From Lepidodermella squamata (lineage: Eukaryota; Animalia; Gastrotricha), in the NCBI GenBank assembly GCA_047495785.1, contig JBLDXI010000055.1, forward strand, positions 620,001-684,000: DNA of 64,000 nucleotides. The letters are read 5' to 3'. The translations under genes and the position numbers were made by a program. Shown in pieces: positions 32,219 to 49,441 of this stretch. The notes beneath the pieces were generated by a model. It was not told the DNA's origin, did no database searches, and was given only the letters and a program-made list of their open reading frames with translations. How positions within the stretch are numbered: position 1 is the first letter of the stretch; each line of letters starts with the position of its first letter.

Positions 32219-34146
32219 CGAGCATAATCCCAAAATGTTGAGAGCTCTACGTGGAAAAAAGGTGCGTGTAAAAAACAAATCGTGCAGAGAGGCGTTGTCA
32301 GATCAGGCAGTGTCGGGAAGTCAAAACAATAGTAAAATAGTTAAAATCAACAATTAAGTAGATGGTTATATACAAGTTGGCGACAGTCATTGGCGCAAGG
32401 CGCAAGCAATGTTTCAAATGAACATATACAGAGAAAGTTGCATCATCCGGACTACGATCGGACAACCCAAATCTTATCGAATTACACCAAGACCCAAGGC
32501 CGTATTAGACCACCAATTTCACATGTGAAGTAAACATGCCGAGCCACCGAAAATAGTCCAGATTACATTAGTCCTAATTAGACAACTTTCACTGTACGCA
32601 ATTCGATTGACAATAAAATCGGCTAAGCTGATTCTCAAGTCTTAAGGCTTAATGCTTAATGAATCAAATAAAGATGATGACGATTAATCCGAGATTTTAG
32701 CAATAACATTCCACGTGGAGTAATTTTACTGGCAAAAACTATAATTAATACCTCCAACACACTACGTTCAACTTGAGCAAGGGCTCACTTCAGAAGGCAA
32801 ACGACTAAGTTGAGGCGCGCGAAAGCCTTCTAATAAACTTCTACTAAAAATGAAGCAGCAACTGATTAGGACTCAAAAAAACATCACGACAATCGCTGCA
32901 CATAACTGTAGAATACCAGGCCGACGAAACACGAGAAATTGCAATAAGGAATAGATTGAGGCAGCCGACTGAGAATGAGCAAAAACCTAAGACGTGAATG
33001 TGATCGACGGTGCCAGAGCCGGCAGCGAAACTGCTAAAAAAGCGACAGACGCTACAAAACTAAGGAAATTTGAAAATGTTGATATTTTATTTTAAACATG
33101 TATTTGTGAATTATTTCAATTTTTACATAAATAAAGTTGAAAATATGCCTTTCAGACTGCAATTTTTGTCCCAGGGTCTGAACCGGGTTAGCCGGGCGGC
33201 TACGGCATCGGTCTCAAGCACCATCACCTGTTGTTGCCCATGGCGTATTATAACCCGGAAACATTTACTTTTTGCCAGTTCCCCATGGGGACGCTCGGAG
33301 ATACTATAAGCTGCAGTTTGGCCGTCATTTTTGCGCTCGCTACTTGAACGCGAGGCGTCAGGAAATGGCGAACTTGGACATGAATTTGCCGGCAAAGTTC
33401 GAATATTCTTCTACAGTGTCCTGTTGATCACGCGCTGTTTAACTTCATATTTTCGAAAGTTGCTCTTTTAATTGAGAGCTATTTAATGTCGTCGAATTAT
33501 TCGCACATCTGCGAGTGGATACCAGCGAGGGCGTTTGAGACGACCGACATATACTAGCTACAGTCTGCAGTCCGGTCCATGGAGCTAGCTTATCGTGGGG
33601 GTTAACTTTCGCACTTTTCTCACGTATTAATGGCCATTGAACTAGTCGCACAATTCATATGTGCAATTAATTGCTGCTGCCTCAAATCGGGAGTCATTCT
33701 GAATTCTGAGTCAGTTTTTGCTCGGTGCAAGAAAGCGGTCTGCTCCTTCTGAATTCAGACGTTTGCCGAGTAATATTATCTAGCTCAACTCACACTATGA
33801 GTATCATCCGATAAAGATGGATTTATTGTGCGTGTTATTTAGTCTCATTGAAGCTGCCGACTCGCGAGCCGATAGCATTCGCATTCGTTTCCCCCGGAAC
33901 CTCGAGCAGTAGATTTTAACATGGCGAGCTGTGTTCACACCTCCCTACCCCCGTCGGCTCGAGAGCGACCATCTATGGTCTCCCTCTTTGCCCAGTCCAA
34001 GGGCGCTTCTTAAACTACTTGGGGCTATATCTATCCTTAATTTGAGCCATTGCCTCTCTTGTCTTCAATTTTTGGCTAATCTCAAATTATTCTTATACAA
34101 GCATAAAATATGCATTCTTTACTTCTGTTTTAGGTGTGTTTCAACA

Positions 34147-35443
<1,297 letters not shown>

Positions 35444-38400
35444 GTCGATTGCCTACATCTTATTGTTATGTTTCTAAATGTAATCTTTATATTCGAAAAT
35501 CTTAATTTTGTCGGTCATAAATATTCTATTAAGATTCAAAAGATATCTATATTTCGTTGAATGATGATGGAATGACGACAACGCAATTACAACTTTTCTT
35601 TGAAATCTTCTGAAGGTTCGCTTTTTGCACTCGTCTTGAGCTGACTTCTCTCTTGTTTTGTCTCTAAATTTTTCTGGTAGTTATTTGTTATTTTTGTCCC
35701 GCGTTATCATGTGGCGCTGAGCTGCCAACATTTCCGAACGCGTTCCTGATAAGACAGCAAAATTCGAATAGTCTAATTTGTCTTCTCTGATTTTTATTCT
35801 AGCTGAGAGAAGAAGCCTTTGCTTGCTGATAAACAAAATTCATTAGCTATTACCTAATCTAATCGACTTTTCTTGTAACTTTCTTGTCCATAGCTATAAT
35901 AATCGTGCGCCTTCTTCTCATGAATCATCGCAACTTCCCAGCTTCAAAGTGAAAGATGCTGTTGTTTTCGGGAATTCGGCTGGTATTTTTTTCTGTCCCC
36001 GTATTAATTACTGCTCGACGATCGATAGATGATGACGACGATAAGCATTGCAGGTTGAAAAATCGGAAATCGACCCTCAGTGTTGCCTGAAAAGCCTCCC
36101 TTTTACTAGTCTCTAATGGTGATCATCAATGGCCTAGACAATTATTGTTGTTTTAATGCAAATAACGGCTAGGCGGCATACCTTCGTGTATTCTTCGATT
36201 TCTTGCGACTTGACGTCTTTCTGTCGCAATTTCATCATCATTTTTATTATTACAGCTTCTTATTCAAAAAATATTAATATCATTATTCCATGATTAAATA
36301 CAAGTCAACCACGCCGATTGATATCTGGTACCATGTTGCTGCATTGAACCATTCTTATATCATTAATACTAGAGGCACAGTCACCGCGCCACTACTATGA
36401 TGATATAGTATGTGTCTTCTCTTGCTCTCCCCCATCTCCCGTTCGCTGTACGCTGCATACAACAATGTTTTATCATTACTGACTGCTATCTGAACCACAT
36501 CTTTTACCAGAGATGATGATAATGATGATGATCATGATCTTCTTCTACAACTTCGCGTGTGCCCATTTTTGTGCGTATTGTTATATTAATATTCTCTCTC
36601 GCCATCTCTCCCCTCTCCGCGTTTATACTGAAATAATAGTAATAGTAGTAGTGATAATAGTAATAATAACGGCGATACGTAATGAAGAAGAAGACGAATG
36701 AGGCAAAGAAGAAACTTCATCCTTCGCCAGCGCGTCCGTTCGCGCATTCGCTGGCATTAATATATGTATATGCTGTGTGTGTGCGCGCGCGCTACTTATT
36801 TAAGGCAGGGTGCGAGCGCCGACGATGAGACGGCGATGATCATGGTGATTATTATTATTACTATTACCACCATGAATATCGATATGTCACCGCCAAAACA
36901 CCACCAAACGAACCATCGTCGTGTCATCCCAGATAGAAACCACGCCATGTTGTTTTGTTGACGCATCTCATATACTGCTAGTCCAATTCTAGTAAATAAG
37001 CAAAAACAATCGCACGCAAAAGTTTTTCAAAAAAATTCAACCGCCCTCGTCGAATATGTGTTGAAATTATCATCATCATCATCATTATCTCGTTTTTACA
37101 ACAACAACATGAGTTTTATGCAGAGAGGCGATTTTTTCATACCTAGCTCCTCCCATTTCTATCGTTCTTCTTCTTCTTTATTGGTGATGTCTCACATCTC
37201 GGTCTGATCTTGGTTATCTAGTTGAAATGAAGTCATCTTCGAAAGCGACACTTGATTCACACACTCACATTCACTTTAAGTTTCGACGCAAGTCATTTTC
37301 ATCAACATCATCTAGTTCACTACTTATAAGTTTACGACAATTTGTCATTGAAAATGAAGTCTTATTTTCTGATTCGAACAGTATTCAATTGCCAACTTTT
37401 CGCCAGTAGGTGAACTTTTCCGACCTGTCTATTAATAATTATGAAATGTGTCAAAGAATGACGTCAGATCTTTTTGAAAATTTTCTGGTGAAACTTTACT
37501 ACTACTATTATATTACTATTTATCATTTAGTCATGTATGCAATTATTTGGAGCGCATTTTTAAGGTAGACTGCCGCGTCTTTGCAAGCTCGTCTGCTGAG
37601 ATTGATTTCAGATAAGCGAGTCGATAAACAATAATTTTGGCTTTGGCGCAATTACCGCATTTTGTCTCGCTTTCGTTTATTTCATTTAGCAGTCCAGCTT
37701 GAATTTTATCACACCTGCGACAGGGGCTGGGGAAATAATATTCGCATGACTTCGCCGGCCTCGTTTAAACTCCGCTTCGGATTTCCATTTTAACACGATC
37801 ATGAGCACGCTTCAATTCTTTGTTTTTCTCAAATATCTGACAATTTTAACTACAGATCTGGCTGTATAAAAATGGCGCCCTCGAATTTTATCTTTTTATT
37901 ACTTGCTCTTTTTCTTATTCTTTTCCCTGATACTGAACTACGCTGTTCAACAATATGCGTTTTATTCGTGTAAAAAAACATTTTGTCTCTCATTGATTGT
38001 TGGAGACGAGGATGATGAGTAAGCCTACGACAAGGAAGTATCTGAATCGGCGAGACGATCTTTTAATCTTTCGATGTGTTGCTACAAACTTGCATATAAT
38101 ATTCGTATACGCATTTTGTTATGATAATTATATTTGAATTTAACCAAATGCTATTTATCTTTAAAAAACAAGAAAAGTGTAACAATTGTTAATTTTCTTA
38201 TTGCGCGTTGCAAAAATGCTGTTTTTCTGTGTTTGATGGTCTGTTTTAGTTTAAAAGATGAAAAATTGATTAACTATATATATAAATATATATATAATAT
38301 TCAGTGCCTATCTCGCGATGCGATGACGATTTTTTGGAATTGTTTAATTGATTTTATGTACAACTTGGAAAAACCGTGTACGAGTTCTTTATATTGACTG

Positions 38401-38900
38401 ATTCGTCAATCGGATTTGTTATATGAATATATATATCATTTTCTCGCTCTTGATTACAACTGTTAACGCATTGCCAGACTGGTGATCACAATCGATGATG
38501 ATAGAGAAAACAAGAAATTTGTTTGTTTTTTTGTAAAGCGACGAGGATGATGCGCGCAATCCATTTTTTCTGTTGGCCACCTTAAAACTCGCTCTTGTCT
38601 CGCGCAAGCGCGCGACATATTTGCCGTTGTTCTTATGTACCTACCTTAACTCTATACTGCTATTCTTATTGTGTATTAAGACGATGATTACGACTTCTTC
38701 TTCGATCGTTTGATGAGAATGATTTATATAAATATATATGAAATATAGAGACGTTCGTATACGATCTGATGAAGTACATATTATTATTAAAATGATTATC
38801 GGAGACGGATGATGAAAAATATTATTGTATATTCTATTCTGTATGAATGTAAATGTACACAAGTAATATGTTACCGTCGCAGCGTACGTGACGTGGTTCG
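35444..38900 (+). other. Probable multi-kb 3' UTR / non-coding region downstream of G-alpha q
   Basis: AT-rich, low-complexity trinucleotide runs, no credible ORF; the 3' end is not defined. Confidence 0.35.
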
Positions 38901-41052
38901 TTCTTCCTCATCTGTCGGCATCGGCATTTCAGAAATAATAAAGTACAGTTTGTCGGCTCAAAATATCACTCGTTTTTTTCCGAAAATTTGCATCGAGTCC
39001 AAATCCAGCTCAAATAGTTGGCCTAACCCAATTTTAGGCCATTCAATGTCAAGGTGCCACTTGTTTACTTAAGGTGGAGAGCGGCTTTATATTTCAGTAT
39101 CGAGTGGTGATTTTTTATTATTTATAGGCAGTGGAATGTGGGTCTGAAAGGCCTGTGTGGAGCAAATATTACAGAGGAAGAATAATGGCATTCATGATAT
39201 CTTATGTTAGCACTAATTGTTTGCCGATTCGGTGCTGAATGGCCGATGTGTTTTCTGCTCTTCGCTGCAACATAGTGGGCAGAAAAAACGCGCACGAAAA
39301 ACAGAAAGAACCCTCGACCGAACCATTGTATTGAGCGCTCGACGAACATGTTAATGACCGGGTGTAGGTACAGCACAATGCGATATATACCGGCATTATT
39401 ACCAGCGACTGCTAAATACCCGAAACTAATAATATTTTCATTGTTGTTATTTGCGTGTGCAATAACAATAATCGCAGTAATTTTTCTTCATTGTGCGCAC
39501 ACGCAGCTTGACTCGGCGCGCGCATCCTATGGGGTCGCCATCATTATAGATTTTGCTATACTCGAGATATAAAACTGAAAACATTTTATGCCGCGATGAT
39601 GATGAACACGATGATGATTCGTCCTAACTGGTAAGCCAGCTTGGCGCGTGGCGCTTTGTTTTTTGGCGGTTGGCCGTTGTTTACCATTTCGCGGCCGCAG
39701 CAATAGATAACGCTGCTATATATTATCATTTCAAGACCAGGTATGCTCCTCGTACACGCGGCTAATATATCGCAAGCGCGCTGCTCCAGTTCCCGGTGCG
39801 CTTTACCTGCATGGCCATGTAGTTGGTAGAGCTTAACGCAGATACTATGGAATATGCAGATATTAAACCGACAAACGCGCCCTATTGAGACGATGTACAC
39901 TTTGCAATGTGGCCAAGGGACGATCGTAATAATAATGATAGTGCTTGATAGGTATTTCGCTGCTGAAGCGCTATTACTATTATTATTATTGCGGTAACGC
40001 CATGTACTTTTTCTATTTCTTCGACGGCAGAATCGCCATTTTTGCGCAGCCCCGGGTTTAAACGTAGTAACCATACGTGGTTGGTTTATATTGGCACATT
40101 ACCCGGCGCCGCTGCCATAACACGCCTAGCAACTCAAGGATACAGTAGAATTAGTTCAAGAGTACCCAGAAACGCCTTTTTCTTGCACTGTTTAAGAAAC
40201 ATCGACGATTGCCAAAAAGGTATCCGTCTAATGATAGCTTGGTGTGGTATCTGAGTTTTTGCGCATGCCGCTCGCCGATCAGCACGCACTTCACTTTCAC
40301 AAGAAACATGCCTCACTCACTCACTCACATCCTCATATGCATGCATCTTCGCCGCCCGTCGATGCAAGGGCTGATTTCCGGCACGGCGTTTTTCGTTCGT
40401 TCGGTTTTCCTACCGAAAATAATACATATTATAATACAATATAACCATGTATATTGTTGGTTTTGCGTTGAGCTATCTTTCAAGTCACTCTTTCGCGGCC
40501 GGCCAATGAAGAAAACGCGCCTAGTTATTTACCCTTGGCGTCGTTACTGCCTAGACAAAATTCCCAGCTTATTATCGTTATTTTTTATTTTTATTATTGT
40601 TGTAGGTAATACGTTCTGTATCTATATTCTTTCAGCCTCTCTAGGTATACCTTTTACCCGGCCTTATTCTACGCGTATATGCCCATTCGAGCGTGGAATT
40701 CGTACAGTTCTAATGTACTATCTGTTAAAAACTGCCCGATCATCATCATCACATACGTGTGCTGTTTTTCCAATCGATAATCTTTGCCTAAGATATTACG
40801 ATCCATACCTATATCGGGATATTCGAATGTTAACATTTATTATCGCTTCCTACTGCCTAATCGCCCACTATTTTCGCGTTTTCAGCGAAAGAAAACTCAG
40901 AGAGATAATAAAACAGCGATAAATTTAGCGTGAACATTGCATTCCTTAGCGCTTGAGTCAGCCGATTTTCTGTTTATGTACAAACAACAAGCCTTAATTA
41001 TAACAGCAACTTTTTGTTACAATTTTTAGTGCCTTTACTCCGTTTGGAAACA

Positions 41053-44000
41053 ATGGAGACAACAAAACCGCCCGACTCGTCTCCGGTTTCGAATGGAAAT
41101 AATGGCATCGGGGATGATGCGATGGCGGCCGGATTGCCGTTCGACCCATCCTCCATGGCAGTTAACAATCGCGTTTCAACGCTCGACGCGTGTTACGAGG
41201 TTGTGAAGGAAAAACTTGAGAGACTTCGCGAAGAAATTCGCCGCATTCGCATCAACAAGCAACAAGAGCAACTTCATCAAAATATTCAGGTAAAAATAGG
41301 CTCAAATTGAAATATTCTAAACCTAGTTATCTATTGGTTTCAAACGAAAATTTAACCAAATTCAAGATAAATAAGTATGTGATCGATCTTGAATCTTTTC
41401 AGGCAAAACGATACTCGGTGGATTCTTCTGGAAGCAGTTCGACGACAAGCCAGCTACTGATACCGCCGACTTTACCCGGTTCAACTCTCAGCAGTCACTC
41501 TCCCACCAATCCTTCGTCTCCGTCACGGTTGCGACATCGGATCGCTACTCGGCCACGGCAGCTGGAGCATCAAGATGCTTTAGCCAGTCGGTATAACTCT
41601 AGCAGCAATGACGAAGGAGCCGCGGACGAAGGCAACGCAGCGAAATCTAATAACGCCCCGCGGTCAAGGCGCCAACAAACCGAGGTTACCTCGCAAAACA
41701 GCACATTGAAACGGTCTCCGAAATTAGCCTCGAAACCTCGTTTAGCAAGGCAGGGTGACGTTAGTGGGAATGCCAACGACTCCGCTGCTAACAAAGATGG
41801 CTCTGAATCTCCGGTTTGGGTGCCGAATACCAATAACCCGCAACCACCACCAGCTAGTCGCCATAAATCGCTCAACGCCAGGGTTAGCACATCGCCGACG
41901 AACTTGATCGGCAACCGGGCGCGGTCGAAAACCCTGCGCGAATCGCCGCACCCTACCCGCCTGGTCGCCGAGCGTAGTATCGACGACGGTACCGGCGTCT
42001 CATCAGCGCCGCAGCACGGCGGTCTTTCTTACCAAATCGTTGGAGAAAATTCGCCCACTGTCAACAAAATTTTCCTGACGTCACCCATTGTAACCAACTC
42101 TGGGCCTACAAATGTCAGGTCACCCACCATAATTTCATCCAACACGCTACCGAAGGTGCAACAAGTCTTGCCCGTGAACGGCCAGCAGTTTGATGATATT
42201 TTCAAGAGCTCAAAGGACACGGCCGATAAACCGGTTCCGGCTTTGAGGCCGTCGCTTGCTAAGATCAAGGCGCTTGAGGCGAGTGGGCGGGCTGGCAACA
42301 GCACCCGGTTGAGTAAGGGTGAAACCACCCCCACGCAGGTTCCTCTCGCTCAACAAGAGTCGACTAGCGACGCTTCTTTGCTTGCTGAACCTTCGAAGCA
42401 GAATGATGAATCCGCGAGGCCGAGAGCTGGCTCTTTACAGTCGACCCCATTGGTGCTTTCAACTGTGGTTTTGCCGGGCGGTAGCAGCAGCAACCAGCCA
42501 ACTATTACAGCGCCACAACCGCCTCAGCAGTTTCAGCTGCGACGGCCGCCGCGAAGCTTCACAGTTCGAACCAATGCCACGCCGGAAAATGAACTTGAAC
42601 CTCCCCCGCCCCACCCGGCCGGTCACAGCATGTCAGTTTCGCCTCAGAAGCACCTGTTAATGCCGCTGCCCTCTTCGGGTGGCCATTCGGGTAGTAAAGC
42701 TCTTACTCCGTCAATGCCTCTGCTGAAAAACGAGCAGCATTTGCTTCAAAACATCAATTTATCGATGCCAGCGCCTTCGCAGCAGCATCATCCGCCTAGG
42801 CAGTTACTTTTGGACGCAAAAGTTGTGTCACCCCAGGCCAAGACGTTACCTGGCCCGGTGAAACAGCAAGCGGCTAATAAGCTGGTTTCAGCGATTATGG
42901 GTGTACCTAGTAGTTTGTTGTCGAACGACAGTTCTTCGTACGAGAATTTAGATCAAGTTTCATCGTCTGGTGGCTCTACGTCGGCAGTGCCGCCGTTTCC
43001 GTTGCCTAGCAACAACTCGTCTTCAAGCGCTTCGACGCTCTCCGCTGCTTCTTCCTCGCTACCGCAGACTACGAAGCCGCGGTCCGAGGTGCCGAGTAGT
43101 GAAAACAGCAGCGTTAATAACAAGGTTAACAGCAGCAACGGGGCGCCGTTAACCGGTTCGGCAGCCTTGTTAGCGAAACAGCAGTTGATGCAGAAGCAAT
43201 TGCAGCAGTTACAGCAGATGAAGCAAGCTATCACTACGCCTACACTGCCGCAGCAACAACAACAACAACAACAACAAGCACCGCCGCCTTACAGTCAAAA
43301 TAATAACAGTAATAACAATGTACCATCATCGGCTGCTGCGGTCAAGCCCAATTCATATCCGCACCATCAGCCGATGCAGCAACAGCACCATCATCAGCTG
43401 CAGCAGCGGAAGTCAGCCGTCTTGCCGTCGGAGATGGAGCACAAGCAGTCTCGAAAAAATTTCGCTCTTCAGCGTAATTCGGTCGACCTCGCGTCGCCTA
43501 CTTTTTCCCACGCTTACCAGGTGCGAAAAAAAAAGAAAAAAAATGTTGAAAAAATTATTTTTGTCCGAAACTAGGATACTGATTCTGAGTTGGAAGGAAT
43601 TTTCGGTGAGTGTGAGGCAATTGATGATTTCGAAACATCGACTACGATGAGTGACTCTCCGTCCCTATTCACCGATGTGACAATTTGGCCGGTGATGATT
43701 GGGAATAATGTCGTAGCGACGAAGCGCCGGCCTCGCGCCGCTGCGCAGCAACAACCGGCTCGTAAAAAAGACCCGCCACGGGTAGCCGACGCTACTCAGG
43801 CTGCTCTCATGGCTAATCGACGCGGCAGTTTAGCTCGACCTCGCCCGATGACAGTGGGCCGTTACAATACATCCGTAGCACCGTCATCTAATAATCGGGT
43901 ATGTGCATTTTTCTGGGTAAGAGGACATCGGACTCGCTTTGGGTCATACCCAAGATTTGAAAAAATCATTCCAAAATGTTCGGTAATTAGGGAAGACTTT

Positions 44001-45255
44001 GGATAGACTTTGTTAGCTTGGGAATTCCTATATAGCTATTTTTGCTTCTTTTCTACAGAGTGCCGCTGATTTGCATACGGTGACTGTTATTGCCCACAAT
44101 CCACCAGTTACAGTTGCTAACCCTCAGTCTGCGCCTCCTTCACAGCCGTCGGCGCAGCCGCAGTCGCAAAACAACCACCCGGCTGTGTCCCAGCACACCC
44201 AGCCCCCTCCGCCCTCTTCGCAAATCCAGGTGCCACCCCCGGTTCTTTCACCACAAACTACGTCACTGGCAGATCGCCGCAATTCTTCACCACCGCCACA
44301 ACCGCCACCTCAACAACAGCCGCAGCATCAGCCATCAACGCATACTCAGTTGCCGCAACAGCCCCAGCCGGCTGCTCTTTCGCTTCAGCAAAAAGTGGCT
44401 AGTTCGCCTAAGATAGCTCCATCAGCGTTGGCGGCTTTGCGCCGACAACGGGCCATTCTAGGCGCCCAGCAACAACAGCAGGCTGCGATGGCTCATAACC
44501 ATACACCACCTAATGCGGCTCCATCGTCGACGAGCAGCACCACGACGACGACAACAACAGGACAGCCAGCTTCGAATAAGCCTTCGTTGACAGGGCTACT
44601 GTACGGCGCCGAAGCTGCCAGAACTGCCAATCAACACCTAAGTCATTACACCTTTCGAGGCAACATTCAGAACAATTCCGGCTCATCTAGTACAACGAGT
44701 TCTCTGGGCGCAAAGGCTCCTCTTTCAAAGTCATCGCTTTTGCCTCAGCCGATAAAACCAGGTACGCTGGACTTTGACTGGAAATTTATTTTTGATGTTT
44801 CAATTTTTGTAGAAATTCGACCCTCGGCGATCGGCGGCACTTTGTCGGTGAACGCGCCGCCGTTGAGTTCCGCTTCGAGCGGATCATCACACACGGCCTC
44901 GGCAACAGCGCCTGGCCAAGTCAGCATTGCCTCGGTGATTTTCAACAACCCATTGCAGCAGTTGCAACAACAGTCGCATCACCACCACGCGGCGCCGACG
45001 AACCCGGCAGTGCCGACCGCCGCCTCATCCTCCGCCTCATCGAATACAGCGCCGTTACAACACAGCCAATCGTTGGCGGTACCTGTGGCATCGCAACCAC
45101 GCCGGCACCACCATCGGCACTCGCAAGCCAGAGAAAAAGTCAGCGGCGGCACGTCCGAATCGGGCAACGCCTCGCATCACCACTCGCACAGGCGCCGCGG
45201 TACTGTCGGCGCAACGATCGAGGCGCAACAGGCGCACGCCGTTCCAACAACCTAA
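41053..45255 (+). CDS. Large (~1300 aa) intrinsically disordered S/P/Q-rich protein with a short N-terminal coiled coil (exons about 41053-41289, 41403-43520, 43575-43898, 44059-44761, 44813-45255)
   Basis: Long open frames joined by in-frame GT-AG introns; coiled coil VKEKLERLREEIRRIR; linear motifs YENL, PPPY, RRGS; no folded domain recognised. Confidence 0.75.
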
Positions 45256-46564
45256 CAATTTTCAAATACTGTGACTGCATTTAAAATAATGGCGATGTTT
45301 TTTTACGCCAATGATATGAAAATCAAAATGTTAGCTGATTTTCTCTTTCGCAGTAGTAGTAGATCGTATACCTTTTCCCTTAATTTTTTCTACGCTTCAA
45401 AATGTTTAGTAGAAAAAGTAGTTGATATTATTAACTTTTTCGCCGCGGAGAACTCTCTTCTCCCGCGTTATATACTCGGAATGATGTTTTTTCGCCTCCA
45501 TTTGTGACCGCCTTCTTTCGTGTTGACCGCAACAATGAAAGCGGATGTTGAAGCGAGATTTGTATCACGTCGATCGAAACGACTTTCAAAAATACTCAAT
45601 CAATTTATCGGCGTGTAATAAATTATTGTACTCATATTCAAGCCATTGATCAATCAAATTTGGTATGCAACTAGAAGATATTGGCTGTAAGAATCGGTAA
45701 GAAGACGCTCAAACGTTTTCGTCTAATTGAAAATGGAATTAACAAAATAAACTGCGGAAAAGTTTTATCGGTTGTTTGAGTCTTTTTTGGGTGATACACA
45801 CAGGGTTAATTAGCCGAAAAAATGTCTGTCGCACATAGGGCCATTTTTTGCTGAGATAATACCTGTCAGATGTGTCAGCAAAAACACACGCGCGCCTTTT
45901 TTCCACCTGTCTGGGTATTATTGCTGCACACATCGCACAACAGGTTGTTTTATTCGGTCGGTGCGCTGTCGTCGAGGTCGCGCGATATTTTTCCATCGAC
46001 ATCAAATTCCAACCCTCGCGCACTGACCCTAATAGGCCCTGGTTTTAAGCCTTTTTACGCGTTGCAAAACACTGCTAGATGTGGGTGTCATTTACAGCAG
46101 ATATGCTGCCTAGTGAAGGTAATTTTGTTGGTGAGTATTTTTTTTACCCTGCCACCAGCCCCCGCCCAGTTTTTAGCTCCAGTGCGAGATAAAATCCGAT
46201 AGGGGGACAGCCGTGAAAATCTGCGACAACTAGCCATATGAGTATATATTCTTGGCACCAGAGCCAGTTTGTCAGACAGCTTAGAGGGGTTGTGTAGGGT
46301 TATTGCAACAGCGGCGTGTGCGCGCGCCGCAGCTACTGTCAGATCGATAAAAAGTAGAGTATAAGGTCTTCGTTTTTGCCTCAATGCGAGGCCTATAATT
46401 TTATTGCTAGGCCACGATGAGCAGATGAGCATCCACACACACGAGTCGCATCGGCGTAATAATAGTAATAATAATAATATGAATCAACAAGCCGCGTATA
46501 TATGTTTACGATGAGAGTAATATAAACAAAGTACGCGACGATGGGTCGCGTGTGCGCCTCGCAA

Positions 46565-46620
46565 CGCCATTGGCCGGCCGCCGACCAATCAGCGCGCAGC
46601 TCGGGCTATAATTGGGCCCC
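46565..46620 (+). promoter_or_regulatory. Probable core promoter of the POU gene (CCAAT boxes in a GC-rich patch, TATA-like element)
   Basis: ATTGG 46569-46573, CCAAT 46585-46589, TATAAT 46607-46612 overlapping ATTGG 46611-46615; about 400 nt upstream of the ATG. Confidence 0.5.
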
Positions 46621-46987
46621 GCCGTTTGTACACTAACTATAATAGCCTGTATCCTACATCCATCGCTCATGTACATTTGTTAGTCCGGTAATCCCTTAGT
46701 GGGCTTGTAATGGCACGCCGTGGGCTATGTGCTCACGAACAGTCTATTACCACCAACCCCTACAATTTAGAGACAGCAAGTCGATGTTGCTATTATTAGG
46801 CGACGAAATGGCGCAGACTATTATTATTAGCGCGCTATAAAATGAACAAGTCCCAATTGACTGTCAACTCATCTTCATCGCCCCGTCGACTTTCTGGCTT
46901 GACATTGCCGCAAATTGACGCAAATCTGACACCTTTTTTGCTATTTTCGATTTAGATTTAAACCGTTTTCTTTTGGAGAAAATCTTC

Positions 46988-49441
<2,454 letters not shown>

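Noticed and set aside
40209-40922. 237 aa ORF on the + strand
   Set aside because: Composition is not protein-like (F/I/Y/C/R-rich), it has a non-ATG start and no domain; more likely 5' UTR, intronic or regulatory sequence of the downstream gene.
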